Source of the DNA: a virus
Direction: 5' to 3' (one strand)
Length of the DNA stretch: 31,886 nt
Virus record (IMG/VR): IMGVR_UViG_3300045988_006552
Span: 1 to 31,886 of that record
The position numbers were made by a program, and so were the translations under genes. Within the stretch, counting starts at the first letter, position 1. Each line of letters opens with the position of its first letter. The notes under the pieces are model-generated. The model made no database searches. It had not been told where the DNA came from and saw nothing but the letters and a program-made list of their open reading frames with translations. This document shows, in pieces, positions 16,495-25,910 of this stretch.

Positions 16495-18539
16495 TGGCAG
16501 ACTCGACACTAACCCTAGACGCCGAGATCAACACCGGCGATTGGAACGCTGGCGTCAAGGATATTCAATCGGGTAGCCGTCAAATCGAAGAGTCGGCACG
16601 GCAGGCTGATGGAGCGTTGGGTGACGTTGACAAGTCGGCTGGCAAGTCTTCCAGCGGGTTCGGGAAGTTCGGTGCCGCCGCCGGTGCCGTTGGCGGTCTC
16701 GTCTCTTCGGGTATCGGCATGGCTGTGGACGCCATCGGTGATCTTACCGGAGACATTATCGAAGCCTCCGACTCTGCGGACAAGTTCAAAAGCACGCTGA
16801 ACTTCGCCGGACTGGATACGGGTACGATTGACGCGCTCACCGCCAGCACGCAAGCTTACGCCGACCAGACGGTTTATAGTATCAGCGATATCCGTAACGT
16901 GACCGCTCAGCTTGCCGCGAACGGAGTACAGGGCTTCGACAAACTAGCCGAAGCGGCAGGTAATTTGAACGCTGTCGCCGGTGGCAACGCTGAAACTTTC
17001 AGCTCGGTTGGTATGGTGCTTACGCAGACCGCTGGCGCTGGCAAGCTCACAACCGAGAACTGGAACCAGTTGGCCGACGCCATCCCCGGTGCATCCGGCA
17101 AACTTCAAGAGGCGATGCTCAAGAACGGCGCTTACACTGGGAACTTCCGCGACGCGATGGAGAAGGGCGAGATCAGCGCGGAGGAATTCAACCAAGCCAT
17201 AATGGACTTGGGTATGACGGACGCCGCGAAGGAAGCCGCTACCAGCACCAGCACTATCGAAGGAGCGATGGGTAATCTAGAAGCGTCCATTGTTGGCGTG
17301 GGCACGACGATTCTTAACCAGTTCAAAGGCCCGTTGACCTCCGGTATCAGCATGTTAGCGCAAGGCATCAGTGGTCTTAGCGGCGTGTTTACTGGACTGG
17401 TGCAGACTATCGGCCCGATTCTCTCACAGATCGGCACAACGTTCCAGACAGCGTTCCAGCCGGTTGTAGGAATCGTTCAATCTCAGTTACTCCCGGCGCT
17501 CCAACCGCTTATGAGTGCCTTACAGAATCTCGGCAACGCGGTCATGCCAGTCATCACGGCCGCAATTCAAACAGTCGCCCCAGTGTTGGCAACCGTGGTG
17601 AGCAACGTCATCCAAACCATGAGCGTTATCGCTACTGCTGTAACACCGGTGATTAATAACATCGCTGCGTTGATTCAGGCGGTGCTTCCGGTGATTCAGT
17701 CAGTGTTTCAATCGTGGGGTTCCGCGATTCAGGGTGTCATTAACGCGGTTTTTCCATTTATCCAAACGGTTGTCACATCCGTTATGAACGTTATCAACGC
17801 GATAATCAGCACCGTATTGGCCGCGATTAACGGTGACTGGTCTGGAGTCTGGGAGGGAATCCAGAATATCGTTTCTAGTGTTTGGAACGGTATCAAAAGT
17901 ATCGTTTCTGGTGCCATAAATGCAGTGTCGGGCGTCATCTCAAGCGTGTTGAACAATATCAGCGGTATTTTCAGCAGTGTGTGGAACGGTATCAGGGGAG
18001 CGGTAAGCAGTGCATGGAGTGGTATTACCAGTGCTGTCAGCAGTGGCGTTAGCAGCATGATGAGCTTCATCACCAGTATTCCGAGCCGTATCATGGGCGT
18101 GTTCAGCGGAGCCGGATCATGGCTTCTCAGCGCAGGCAGCAACATCATTCAAGGTCTGATTAACGGCATCACCGGCGCCATCGGCGGTGCCATTTCCGCG
18201 GTCAAGGACGCGGTTAGCGGTATCATCGACGGTGCAAAGAGCATGTTGGGTATTCATTCCCCGTCGAAGGTGTTCGACCGTGAGATCGGTCGAATGATTC
18301 CGGCTGGTCTTGGCCGTGGCGTATCGGAGAACGAGCGTGCGGCCATTCGTCCGGTGGAAGAGATGGTGAACTCTCTTCTGCCGTCGTCCATTGTGACTCC
18401 CGTGCAGGTAGTGTCTAGCCCGGTGCCTATGAACGCGAACAATGGCCCGCGTGTGAGCGCGCCTATCACGGTGAACGCGCTTGACCCGAACGCGGCAGCT
18501 CAAGAGACGGTGCGAGTAATTAATTTCCACTACGTGTGA
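16491..18539 (+). CDS. tape measure protein
   Basis: 682 aa, Ala/Gly/Ser/Val-rich with internal repeats (e.g. SVWNGIKSIVSGAINAVSGVISSVLNNISGIFSSVWNGIRGAVSSAWSGI). Canonical position. Start at the GTG at 16491 or the ATG at 16494. Confidence 0.85.
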   Translation: MMADSTLTLDAEINTGDWNAGVKDIQSGSRQIEESARQADGALGDVDKSAGKSSSGFGKFGAAAGAVGGLVSSGIGMAVDAIGDLTGDIIEASDSADKFKSTLNFAGLDTGTIDALTASTQAYADQTVYSISDIRNVTAQLAANGVQGFDKLAEAAGNLNAVAGGNAETFSSVGMVLTQTAGAGKLTTENWNQLADAIPGASGKLQEAMLKNGAYTGNFRDAMEKGEISAEEFNQAIMDLGMTDAAKEAATSTSTIEGAMGNLEASIVGVGTTILNQFKGPLTSGISMLAQGISGLSGVFTGLVQTIGPILSQIGTTFQTAFQPVVGIVQSQLLPALQPLMSALQNLGNAVMPVITAAIQTVAPVLATVVSNVIQTMSVIATAVTPVINNIAALIQAVLPVIQSVFQSWGSAIQGVINAVFPFIQTVVTSVMNVINAIISTVLAAINGDWSGVWEGIQNIVSSVWNGIKSIVSGAINAVSGVISSVLNNISGIFSSVWNGIRGAVSSAWSGITSAVSSGVSSMMSFITSIPSRIMGVFSGAGSWLLSAGSNIIQGLINGITGAIGGAISAVKDAVSGIIDGAKSMLGIHSPSKVFDREIGRMIPAGLGRGVSENERAAIRPVEEMVNSLLPSSIVTPVQVVSSPVPMNANNGPRVSAPITVNALDPNAAAQETVRVINFHYV

Positions 18540-18564
18540 CAAGTCGCGAGGGTAGACTGAAGGT

Positions 18565-19458
18565 ATGGCTATCTTCACTCTTGACCCGCGCGACGTTCGT
18601 CTGACCCTGAACGGGTTCCCCTTGTATGGGACTGACCAGTACGGGTGCGAGTGGCATGTGACGTTCCAGAACGTGTCAGGCCTATTCGACGGGGTGGGTT
18701 CGACCTTGCAGACCAATGATAAAGCGTGGTCGGACGGTTGGTTTAGCAATATTCCCGTGGCTCATGGCCGTTCGATCGCTATTGAGGGTCATATCATCGG
18801 CAAATGCACGGAAAACTGCATCAACGCTTGGGACGCGTTCAAACGCTCGTTCAACATCACAAGTCAGTCACTGATTGTTAAGTTGGGGAATATCAGCCGT
18901 CAGGTGCAGGTCATGCAATCGTCTTCCGCTCCATTGGTGGAGTGGGCTGGCGTCAACATTCTCAAATTCAGCATCGGCCTGACCGCTTTGGACTCGTATC
19001 TGTACGATACGCAGTCGGTGAACGGGAATACTGGTCTGCCAAACAGTCAGGGCTGTATGACGTTCCCCTATCATTTCGAGGACATCGATACGGGCAAGGG
19101 GTCTACATGGGTGTGGTCTGAAACAACCGTGTCGGGTAGCGTGTCCCTCACGAACACGGGTAGTGCTCCGAGTCCGGTGGCTATTCGTATCGATGGGCCT
19201 GTGGTCAATCCACAGGTTGAGCATAGCCCAAGCGGGCACATCATGGCGTTCGATATCACGTTGGGTATGGGTCATTACATTCTTATCAACGGTGCCACGC
19301 ATGAGATTCTTATCGATGGCACGGATCCGGCGCGTGGCAGTGTGACCCGACGTGAATGGAGCTACGCGCAGGTCGGTGAGAATATTTGGATGTTCAGCGC
19401 CGAGGAACCATCGGATAACGCGCGTATGACGGTCACATTCAATCCGGCTTACATTTAA
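18565..19458 (+). CDS. distal tail protein (Dit-like)
   Basis: First gene after the tape measure gene; size about 300 aa. Confidence 0.6.
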   Translation: MAIFTLDPRDVRLTLNGFPLYGTDQYGCEWHVTFQNVSGLFDGVGSTLQTNDKAWSDGWFSNIPVAHGRSIAIEGHIIGKCTENCINAWDAFKRSFNITSQSLIVKLGNISRQVQVMQSSSAPLVEWAGVNILKFSIGLTALDSYLYDTQSVNGNTGLPNSQGCMTFPYHFEDIDTGKGSTWVWSETTVSGSVSLTNTGSAPSPVAIRIDGPVVNPQVEHSPSGHIMAFDITLGMGHYILINGATHEILIDGTDPARGSVTRREWSYAQVGENIWMFSAEEPSDNARMTVTFNPAYI

Positions 19459-19470
19459 GGAGGCGTCTGA

Positions 19471-20631
19471 ATGCCTTTACTTGCGAATCGAGTGTCGCAG
19501 TCGAACGGCTTATATTCGGATACGGTGCGCGTGTTGTGGCAGCGTTCCGGTTTGCAATTCGTTTCCGTCACGTTGGATGACGGTACGGTGATAGCCGAAC
19601 TCCCCGACCTGCAACTGACCCATTTGACGTACCGTTTCGAGGAAACGACCAGCGAGACGGCCACACTCCCGTGGCACAACGCTCCCCGCAATTGGGATGA
19701 AGCAACCACCCCGTATCAGGCCGCCATACTTCTTGTGCGCGAGTCAACTGTCCTGTGGGGCGGTATCGTGGTCAAACGCGAGTGTGCAATGCGCGGAGAC
19801 GGACTGACACTGACATTGGCAACCGTCGAACACTACCTCGATAACGTGTACGTGCAGGATCACACGTACACTAATCGTGACCAGTGCGAGATAGTGAAAG
19901 ACCTCGTAACCAGTACGCTTGAAAACCATCATTTCAATATTGTTGTCGAAACGTCCCCTAGTAGCATTAAACGTGACCGCACATATGAGGCGGAAAGCGA
20001 CAAGACCCTGTTAAGCGTATTGCAGGAGCTTGCAAACGTGTTGAACGGGCCGGAATGGTGTACATCATGGCGGGCCATCAACGACGGCCATTATGAACCG
20101 GTAATGACGGTAGCCGACCATATCGGTTCCACCACGCCAAGCACAACATTCGATGAAAGCGTCATGACCACGTTCACCCTGTTGGAGGATTACACGAACG
20201 GGTACGGCGCTAACGCTGTCATGGCAGTGAGTACGGCTGACGCTGGCGACCGTCCCCAGTCCGATTGGATGATAGCAGACCAGCCCCACCGGCCTCGACT
20301 CGAATATGTGTTCCAACCGTCTACAAGCATCAAGAACAAGAGTACGTTGAACGAACATGCCAAGTTCTCGTTGTTGCAGATGCAGAACGGTACCCAGACC
20401 ATCACAATGGGCTTGAGTCTGCTGTCCGCTCCAATGGTGTATGAGGAGTGGAAGCCGGGCGACCTTATCGCATGGACTGTGGAGGAAGACGCCGAGCATT
20501 TCCCCAACCATAATCACGGTACCGCCCGTATCATCGGCTACGAGATTGATTTCAGTCAGTCGTGGACTATCACACCTACATTGCAACAGGAGGACGATAA
20601 TGCCGAGCAAATTCAAGTTCAGTCTCGATAG
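19471..20631 (+). CDS. tail-associated protein (Tal-like, short form)
   Basis: Second gene after the tape measure gene. RBS AAGGAGG. Confidence 0.55.
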   Translation: MPLLANRVSQSNGLYSDTVRVLWQRSGLQFVSVTLDDGTVIAELPDLQLTHLTYRFEETTSETATLPWHNAPRNWDEATTPYQAAILLVRESTVLWGGIVVKRECAMRGDGLTLTLATVEHYLDNVYVQDHTYTNRDQCEIVKDLVTSTLENHHFNIVVETSPSSIKRDRTYEAESDKTLLSVLQELANVLNGPEWCTSWRAINDGHYEPVMTVADHIGSTTPSTTFDESVMTTFTLLEDYTNGYGANAVMAVSTADAGDRPQSDWMIADQPHRPRLEYVFQPSTSIKNKSTLNEHAKFSLLQMQNGTQTITMGLSLLSAPMVYEEWKPGDLIAWTVEEDAEHFPNHNHGTARIIGYEIDFSQSWTITPTLQQEDDNAEQIQVQSR

Positions 20632-21328
20632 CGCGGACGCGACCGCCCGCCAGTTCGCGGACATCAAACGCCAGTTGCAGGAGCTTCCGCCGAGCATCGT
20701 CAACAGCGTTAAACCTATGGTCGATCAGATCACGGCCATGTATGAGGAAGTGCAGACGCTAACGAACAATCTTGACCAGCGTGTACAGGAAAGCATCACC
20801 CGCAACAGTTACACACGTTCCGAGATTGACGTTAAAACTCAGACGTGGAACTGGGGAGTATTGGCTCCCAATCGTGGTGGTACGGGTATCGCCAACGCTT
20901 ATAACAATGTGTTTACTTCCGGTCCTTGGCGCGCGGTGTGGGTGTTGTCTGACGGCACTATGGGCACGGCTCAGTCGATTCGTGCGTCGAAGACCGATAT
21001 CGTGGATGCCGACGACTACATTCCCGTTGACGCTCTCCGCAAGGTGAAGTGGCGCGTCTATCGGATGAATGATGACAAGAATCAGCATCTTGATGATTCT
21101 CAGCCGTTGGTTGGTATGATTGCCGACGATTTGGATGAAAACGGGCTGGGGTTCTTCTGCGAATACGATGAAGACGGTACGCTGGTCGGTATCAACTACC
21201 CCATGCTCGGTGTGGCGGCGCTTCGACTTGCTCAGCAGGTGGCGGATGACTTGGACGCGCTCAAAGCTAAGGTTGAAGATCTATCCACAAGCGAAGATAA
21301 AATAGGTGTAGACGATTCGGAGGATTGA
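20600..21328 (+). CDS. short tail fibre with a C-terminal intramolecular chaperone (Peptidase_S74-like) domain
   Basis: RBS AGGAGG, then ATG at 20600. C-terminal SIRASKTDIVDADDYIPVDALRKVKWRVYRM...LVGMIADDLDE...GINYPMLGVAALRLAQQV...LKAKVEDL matches the auto-cleaving chaperone pattern. Confidence 0.6.
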   Translation: MPSKFKFSLDSADATARQFADIKRQLQELPPSIVNSVKPMVDQITAMYEEVQTLTNNLDQRVQESITRNSYTRSEIDVKTQTWNWGVLAPNRGGTGIANAYNNVFTSGPWRAVWVLSDGTMGTAQSIRASKTDIVDADDYIPVDALRKVKWRVYRMNDDKNQHLDDSQPLVGMIADDLDENGLGFFCEYDEDGTLVGINYPMLGVAALRLAQQVADDLDALKAKVEDLSTSEDKIGVDDSED

Positions 21329-21330
21329 TT

Positions 21331-22230
21331 ATGGATATTATCATGCACCCGCTTACCGCGAAGAACGGTTCCCCGACGTATACGGCTGACGATTACAGGC
21401 ACGCCATTAATCCTCTATTGGTACCGTCCGATGGTACCGTGTTCAACGGTTTGTCTGGCATTCGTTACGGTTCACCGGTTCCTCTGGTCACGGTGAGCGG
21501 TCTGACTGTTACGGTCAAACCTCATTGCGGTACCATCAGCCCGTGGGATGGTTTGGGCGCGTACACTTACGCCATAACCACCTATACGAAAGTGCAGTTG
21601 GCGGATTCCACCAACAGTTACAAGATCGCGGTGACGGTGGAAGATCCTTCGCAGTCGCATGGTACGACTCCGCGCGGCAAACTCGAAGTGTTCACCGCTG
21701 GCACTCCTGACTCGAATATCAATGGTCTGGTGATTGCCGAGGTTAACGCCGGTGTCGCGTCGGACGTGGCTCCGATTATTCGTAATAACGCGGTGCTGAT
21801 GGCGCGTGATCTTGAGCAGCTTAACACTATTACCGCGATGGACGGGCAGGAGGCTGTAACGATTGCCGATAATGCTCATTATGTCATGGAGCTCGGCACA
21901 TGGAAGCCGGTTTTTGAAACCGTGAGTGAGTCATGGAGTAGCGGAAGGATAACCGTCATCTACGGAGAGTCCTCGTGCGCGGTTCAGGTGACTTCCGTGA
22001 AAATCGGCTCAGGGTCATGGGATTCGGCAAACTGGGGCAAGAAGATTAAGAAGGGGTACTGTCCGCAATACGAGATGTCGAATCCGATGTTGGTGTCTAA
22101 CGGCGCAAGCCATACTGGTTTTCTCGTGGTATTACCTGACGGGACTGTCAGTGTGAAGAATATGGGTGCGAGCGGTTCTAACGATGCTCGTAGCGGTAGC
22201 GTGTGCTGGCCGGTGCAGAGGCCGTACTGA
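21331..22230 (+). CDS. minor tail / receptor-binding candidate
   Basis: RBS GGAGGA, then ATG at 21331 (the track TTG at 21325 is an alternative). It is the last gene of the tail operon. Confidence 0.45.
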   Translation: MDIIMHPLTAKNGSPTYTADDYRHAINPLLVPSDGTVFNGLSGIRYGSPVPLVTVSGLTVTVKPHCGTISPWDGLGAYTYAITTYTKVQLADSTNSYKIAVTVEDPSQSHGTTPRGKLEVFTAGTPDSNINGLVIAEVNAGVASDVAPIIRNNAVLMARDLEQLNTITAMDGQEAVTIADNAHYVMELGTWKPVFETVSESWSSGRITVIYGESSCAVQVTSVKIGSGSWDSANWGKKIKKGYCPQYEMSNPMLVSNGASHTGFLVVLPDGTVSVKNMGASGSNDARSGSVCWPVQRPY

Positions 22231-22407
22231 GTTGCGCCGATACCGCAGGCATCACGTATCCAATTAAGTATGATGGCTAATACTCCCAGCAAATTGTGAG
22301 GCGCGCGCTCTGCAACGTGTTTTCGGAACCGTACAGCATGATAATCTGTCCAGAGGTGTTGATGCTGAACATAATGAGTCTTATCGGCATTGTCTAAAAT
22401 AGAGACT

Positions 22408-22776
22408 ATGACTGATATTCTCACTGCAATCATCGGCGTAGGCGGCGTAGCACTCGGAGGCATCATAACATGGCTAGCCAACCGTAGGACAGACCTCACC
22501 AGCGCATATCAAGCATTAGTCTCAGCGCAGGGAGACATGAAACGGCTAATTGACGCGCAAGACCAGAAAATAAGCGCTTTAATCACGAACCGTGATGCGA
22601 TGCAGTACACGATTGATCTTGAGACGGGTTATATTCGTGCGTTGGGCCACTGGTTGGCACAATTCTGCGAGATTATCGAACCTGAATTTTTGGAGAATCA
22701 TCCTAAACCGTCGTTGCCTGATGATCTACGCGACCGTATCGCGTCCCTTGATGAACTGGTCGGAGACAATGACTAG
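22408..22776 (+). CDS. membrane protein with an N-terminal TM helix and coiled-coil tail (lysis-associated?)
   Basis: ATG at 22408. TM segment ILTAIIGVGGVALGGIITWLA. Confidence 0.45.
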   Translation: MTDILTAIIGVGGVALGGIITWLANRRTDLTSAYQALVSAQGDMKRLIDAQDQKISALITNRDAMQYTIDLETGYIRALGHWLAQFCEIIEPEFLENHPKPSLPDDLRDRIASLDELVGDND

Positions 22777-22815
22777 CCTGTCCACGCACATGAACCAGCG
22801 ATGTAAGATGATTCT

Positions 22816-22947
22816 ATGAGACGTTTCAAACGGTGTGTGATTCTTGTGTTGTTGCTCGCCGTCGTCTCGTTGATAGTCCACGTCTTGATGACGGTTTACG
22901 CCGTTTTATACATGGCGTGGCTGTTCTTCTACATAATCAGCCTATAG
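22816..22947 (+). CDS. small two-TM peptide (43 aa), holin-like candidate
   Basis: [43 protein letters not shown]. It ends 11 nt before the endolysin ATG and is below the ORF-track cutoff. Confidence 0.35.
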   Translation: MRRFKRCVILVLLLAVVSLIVHVLMTVYAVLYMAWLFFYIISL

Positions 22948-22958
22948 GAGGAGTTTCG

Positions 22959-24116
22959 ATGGCTCTGAACGGTATCGACATCAGCAATTGGCAGGCTGGT
23001 ATCGACTTGTCTGCCGTACCGTGTGATTTCGTCATCAGCAAGGCGACGGAGGGATGCTGGTACGTGTCCGAGGATTGCGCTCGTCAGGTGGAGCAGGCGT
23101 TGAGTCTGGGAAAATGCGTTGGCGTATACCATTACGCCAACGGCGGTAACGCCGTCTCCGAAGCTGACTATTTCGTGAACAATTGCGCGAATTGGGTCGG
23201 CAAGGTCGTATGGTGCTTGGACTGGGAGGCACAGGGTAACGGACTGTTCGGGTCTGGCGCGTCCGCTCAACAGTGGATTAGGTCGTTCTGCGACCGCGTG
23301 TACGAGCGTACAGGCTCCCAGCCTATCGTCTACGTGCAAGCGTCCATGCTTAACGACGTGCAGAACATTGGTGATCGTGGGTTGTGGATCGCGCAGTACG
23401 CGGACATGAACGCTATTGGGTATCAGGATACGCCGTGGAACGAGGGCGCGTATGGGTGCGCGATCCGACAGTATTCGTCTAATGGTCGTCTGCCCGGATA
23501 TTCAGGCGGTCTTGACCTTGACAAGTTCTATGGTGATGTGAATGCTTGGAACGCTTATAAGGCGGGTCATTCGAGTGTGACCAACGCGCCGACACCTTCC
23601 GCTCCTGCTCCTTCCACTCCCGCATCCGGCACGTATACTGTGCGCTCCGGTGACACGCTGAGCGGTATCGCGTCGATGTATGGGACTAGCTGGCAGGCGT
23701 TGGCGCAGATCAATAATCTGTCTGACCCGAATCTGATTTATCCGGGTCAGGTGTTGAAAATCAACGGTACTGCCAATAATGTGCAGTCCGGTAGCTGCAC
23801 GTATACGGTTCAGTCGGGGGACACGTTGAGTGGTATCGCCGCTAAGTATGGTACTTCGTGGCAGACTCTCCAGCAGCTTAACGGCATTGCCAACCCGAAT
23901 CTGATCTATCCCGGTCAGGTGTTGAAGCTGCCGGGCGAAGCACCGTCACCGTCACCGTCACCGTCACCGTCCGTTACGACGTACACTATCCAGCCCGGTG
24001 ACACATTGAGTGGTATCGCCGCCCAGTACGGTACCAGTGTTTCCAGTCTGGTGGCGTTGAACGGTATCGCCAACCCTGACGTGATCTACGCTGGCCAGAC
24101 TATCCGTATCAAGTAG
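22959..24116 (+). CDS. endolysin: GH25 muramidase plus three LysM repeats
   Basis: [26 protein letters not shown]...VGVYHY (GH25). Three copies of [17 protein letters not shown]...N......LIYPGQVL (LysM). RBS AGGAGG, then ATG at 22959. Confidence 0.9.
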   Translation: MALNGIDISNWQAGIDLSAVPCDFVISKATEGCWYVSEDCARQVEQALSLGKCVGVYHYANGGNAVSEADYFVNNCANWVGKVVWCLDWEAQGNGLFGSGASAQQWIRSFCDRVYERTGSQPIVYVQASMLNDVQNIGDRGLWIAQYADMNAIGYQDTPWNEGAYGCAIRQYSSNGRLPGYSGGLDLDKFYGDVNAWNAYKAGHSSVTNAPTPSAPAPSTPASGTYTVRSGDTLSGIASMYGTSWQALAQINNLSDPNLIYPGQVLKINGTANNVQSGSCTYTVQSGDTLSGIAAKYGTSWQTLQQLNGIANPNLIYPGQVLKLPGEAPSPSPSPSPSVTTYTIQPGDTLSGIAAQYGTSVSSLVALNGIANPDVIYAGQTIRIK

Positions 24117-24137
24117 ACTATTCGAAGGAGGTTTCTT

Positions 24138-24413
24138 ATGGACATGAATACTGGTGAGCCGACCAAGGACACCGCGATCAATAACGAGGTGCCGGACGGT
24201 AATGATGATTATGTGCCTACGTTCAACGCCGCGACTCGAAGGTGGGCGTATCTGGTTTCCGGTCTGGTCGGTATCGTCGGCGCGGTGTTGAGTTTCGTGA
24301 GCGCCGTGCCGGACGCGCCGTCTTGGGTGGCCGTGATGGGTGGCGCTTTCGCTCTGGTCGGCTCCGGCGTGGCGGGAATGTTCGGCGTCCACTACGCAGG
24401 CATTTCCAAGTGA
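24138..24413 (+). CDS. holin candidate (91 aa, two TM helices)
   Basis: RBS AAGGAGG. TM helices WAYLVSGLVGIVGAVLSFVSAV and WVAVMGGAFALVGSGVAGMFGV. Confidence 0.55.
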   Translation: MDMNTGEPTKDTAINNEVPDGNDDYVPTFNAATRRWAYLVSGLVGIVGAVLSFVSAVPDAPSWVAVMGGAFALVGSGVAGMFGVHYAGISK

Positions 24414-24422
24414 GGTAAATAA

Positions 24423-25910
24423 ATGACAATCGCATCCGACTTGTTCCGCACCGTCAAGATCAACGATATCAGTCAGTAGCTCCCGTATATTGTTGTCAAT
24501 CAGGCGGACGATAACGGCAAAATCATTCGTTTCGTCCCAATTGATCACGGGCAGAAGGTCACTGGGTTCACTGGCGCTCGCCTGTATTATCCACCGCGAT
24601 CTGACGCCCAGTATGGTGATTACGTGACCGGTGTCGAGTCTGACGGTGCTTGGGACTTCACGATTCCAGTGGGAGTCTTGAGTGTGGGACGGGTCGGGTG
24701 CAATCTCGCTTTCATTGATGGGGATGGCGAAACGTATTCCCGTAATGTCGTGTTTTTGGTCGAACCGGCGGTGTCTGGGGTTTCGACCCGCAGGACGGTC
24801 AGCAGACTCGTTTGGACAAGGTTGTCGGCACCGTGCAGAATGTCGCGGATACGGCTATCGACAGCATCAACAAGACCGCTAGTGACGCGGTGGAGAACAT
24901 CGGTAAGGCCGAGGAATCCATTAACGAGAGTGTGACGGAGGCGCGTGGTTCCGCTGATGCCGCCGCGAACAGCGCCACACAGGCGGCTTCTTCCGCCAGC
25001 GCTGCTCAAACCAGTGAACGGAACGCCGCCAATAGTGCCACGCAAGCCTCGCAGTCCGCCACAGCGGCGAAACAGAGCGAGACTAATGCTGCGTCGAGCG
25101 CACAGACCGCAGCGTCGAGTGAACGTAACGCCGCGTCTAACGCCGAACAGGCGGCGGATAGTGCGAGCAAGGCCGGTGAGAGTGCGTCCGCTGCGGGAGT
25201 CTCGGAGCGTAACGCCGCTTCGAGTGCTGTTCAGGCCGCTCAGAGCGCCACAGCGGCAGCACAATCCGCTTCCGAGGCCCAGAATGCCGTGGAGGGTTTC
25301 GGCTTGAAGGCCGGTACGACGATCACGGGCGAACCCGGAAGCGATGCCGCGGTCTCTATCTCCAAACAGGGGACGAAGTATGTAGCTGATTTCACCATTC
25401 CACGAGGCACGCAAGGCATACAAGGCCTCAAGGGAGACCCCGGCGAACTGTGTCGCATGATGACACTTTAGATGGAGATGGAACTAATTCCAGTCCATTG
25501 AAAGTCGTAAAACACCGGGAGTAACATTATATAAAGGATGGCAAGACCCAGCTGAGATCGGAACTGATCTAAACAACGGTGACCTTTGGTTAAAAACGCC
25601 ACGCTATTTAACCGACATCGACCCGGACAATCAGACCGAAGGCGCATCGACCGCTGAATACTACACGTATGCTCAGGGAGCGGCGAACAATTCACCAAGT
25701 GTGCTTGTGCGAACCGGTCAGATCATCACAGACATGTTTGAATACTCGAATGGCGTATGGTGGTCGCTTATCTGGCGAGTGGATTCGAGTCTAACCCCGG
25801 GCAAGGAGACGACTCAGGTTGCGGCGGCGCGCACGTTGTCCGATACTGAATTGCTTACTCGCATCGAAGCGCTTGAAGCGGAAGTGAAAAGTCTGAAAGG
25901 AGCTGAATAA
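24423..25910 (+). pseudogene. BppU-like tail fibre / baseplate upper protein gene, disrupted (or recoded): one in-frame TAG and three -1 frame changes
   Basis: Collinear pieces: ATG 24423 to TAG 24477..24479; the same frame continues to about 24780 (BppU_N-like); the -1 frame runs to about 25443 (Ala/Ser coiled coil plus G-X-Y triplets); the next -1 frame covers about 25447..25521 (TVSHDDTLDGDGTNSSPLKV); the next -1 frame covers about 25512..25910. Confidence 0.65.
24812..25471 (+). CDS. largest intact fragment of the disrupted fibre gene (coiled-coil plus collagen-like G-X-Y region)
   Basis: Track ORF 24812..25471. Repeats of the SERNAA.SA.QA.QSATAA type end in GTQGIQGLKGDPG. The track's first codon is TTG with no convincing RBS, so this is probably not an independent gene. 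Confidence 0.4.
   Translation: MDKVVGTVQNVADTAIDSINKTASDAVENIGKAEESINESVTEARGSADAAANSATQAASSASAAQTSERNAANSATQASQSATAAKQSETNAASSAQTAASSERNAASNAEQAADSASKAGESASAAGVSERNAASSAVQAAQSATAAAQSASEAQNAVEGFGLKAGTTITGEPGSDAAVSISKQGTKYVADFTIPRGTQGIQGLKGDPGELCRMMTL

Noticed and set aside
22231-22407. A possible late or lysis promoter or terminator in the 177-nt gap before the lysis cassette.
   Set aside because: I could not find a -35/-10 pair with acceptable spacing or a convincing stem-loop with a T tract, so no call is supported.
22833-22958. The N-terminal extension of the endolysin ORF (track start 22833).
   Set aside because: The extension overlaps the small two-TM ORF in another frame and is Arg-rich nonsense. 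A strong AGGAGG RBS precedes the ATG at 22959, where GH25 homology begins ([12 protein letters not shown]).
23944-23970. The (caccgt)n microsatellite in the endolysin (SPSPSPSP linker) as a phase-variation switch.
   Set aside because: The unit is 6 nt, so slippage stays in frame and would only change the linker length. With about 4 copies, the tract is also short.
24940-25300. The Ala/Ser-rich nucleotide repeats in the fibre gene as the variable or template region of a diversity-generating retroelement.
   Set aside because: There is no reverse transcriptase anywhere in the closed genome and no second near-identical template copy. The repeats encode an ordinary coiled-coil periodicity.
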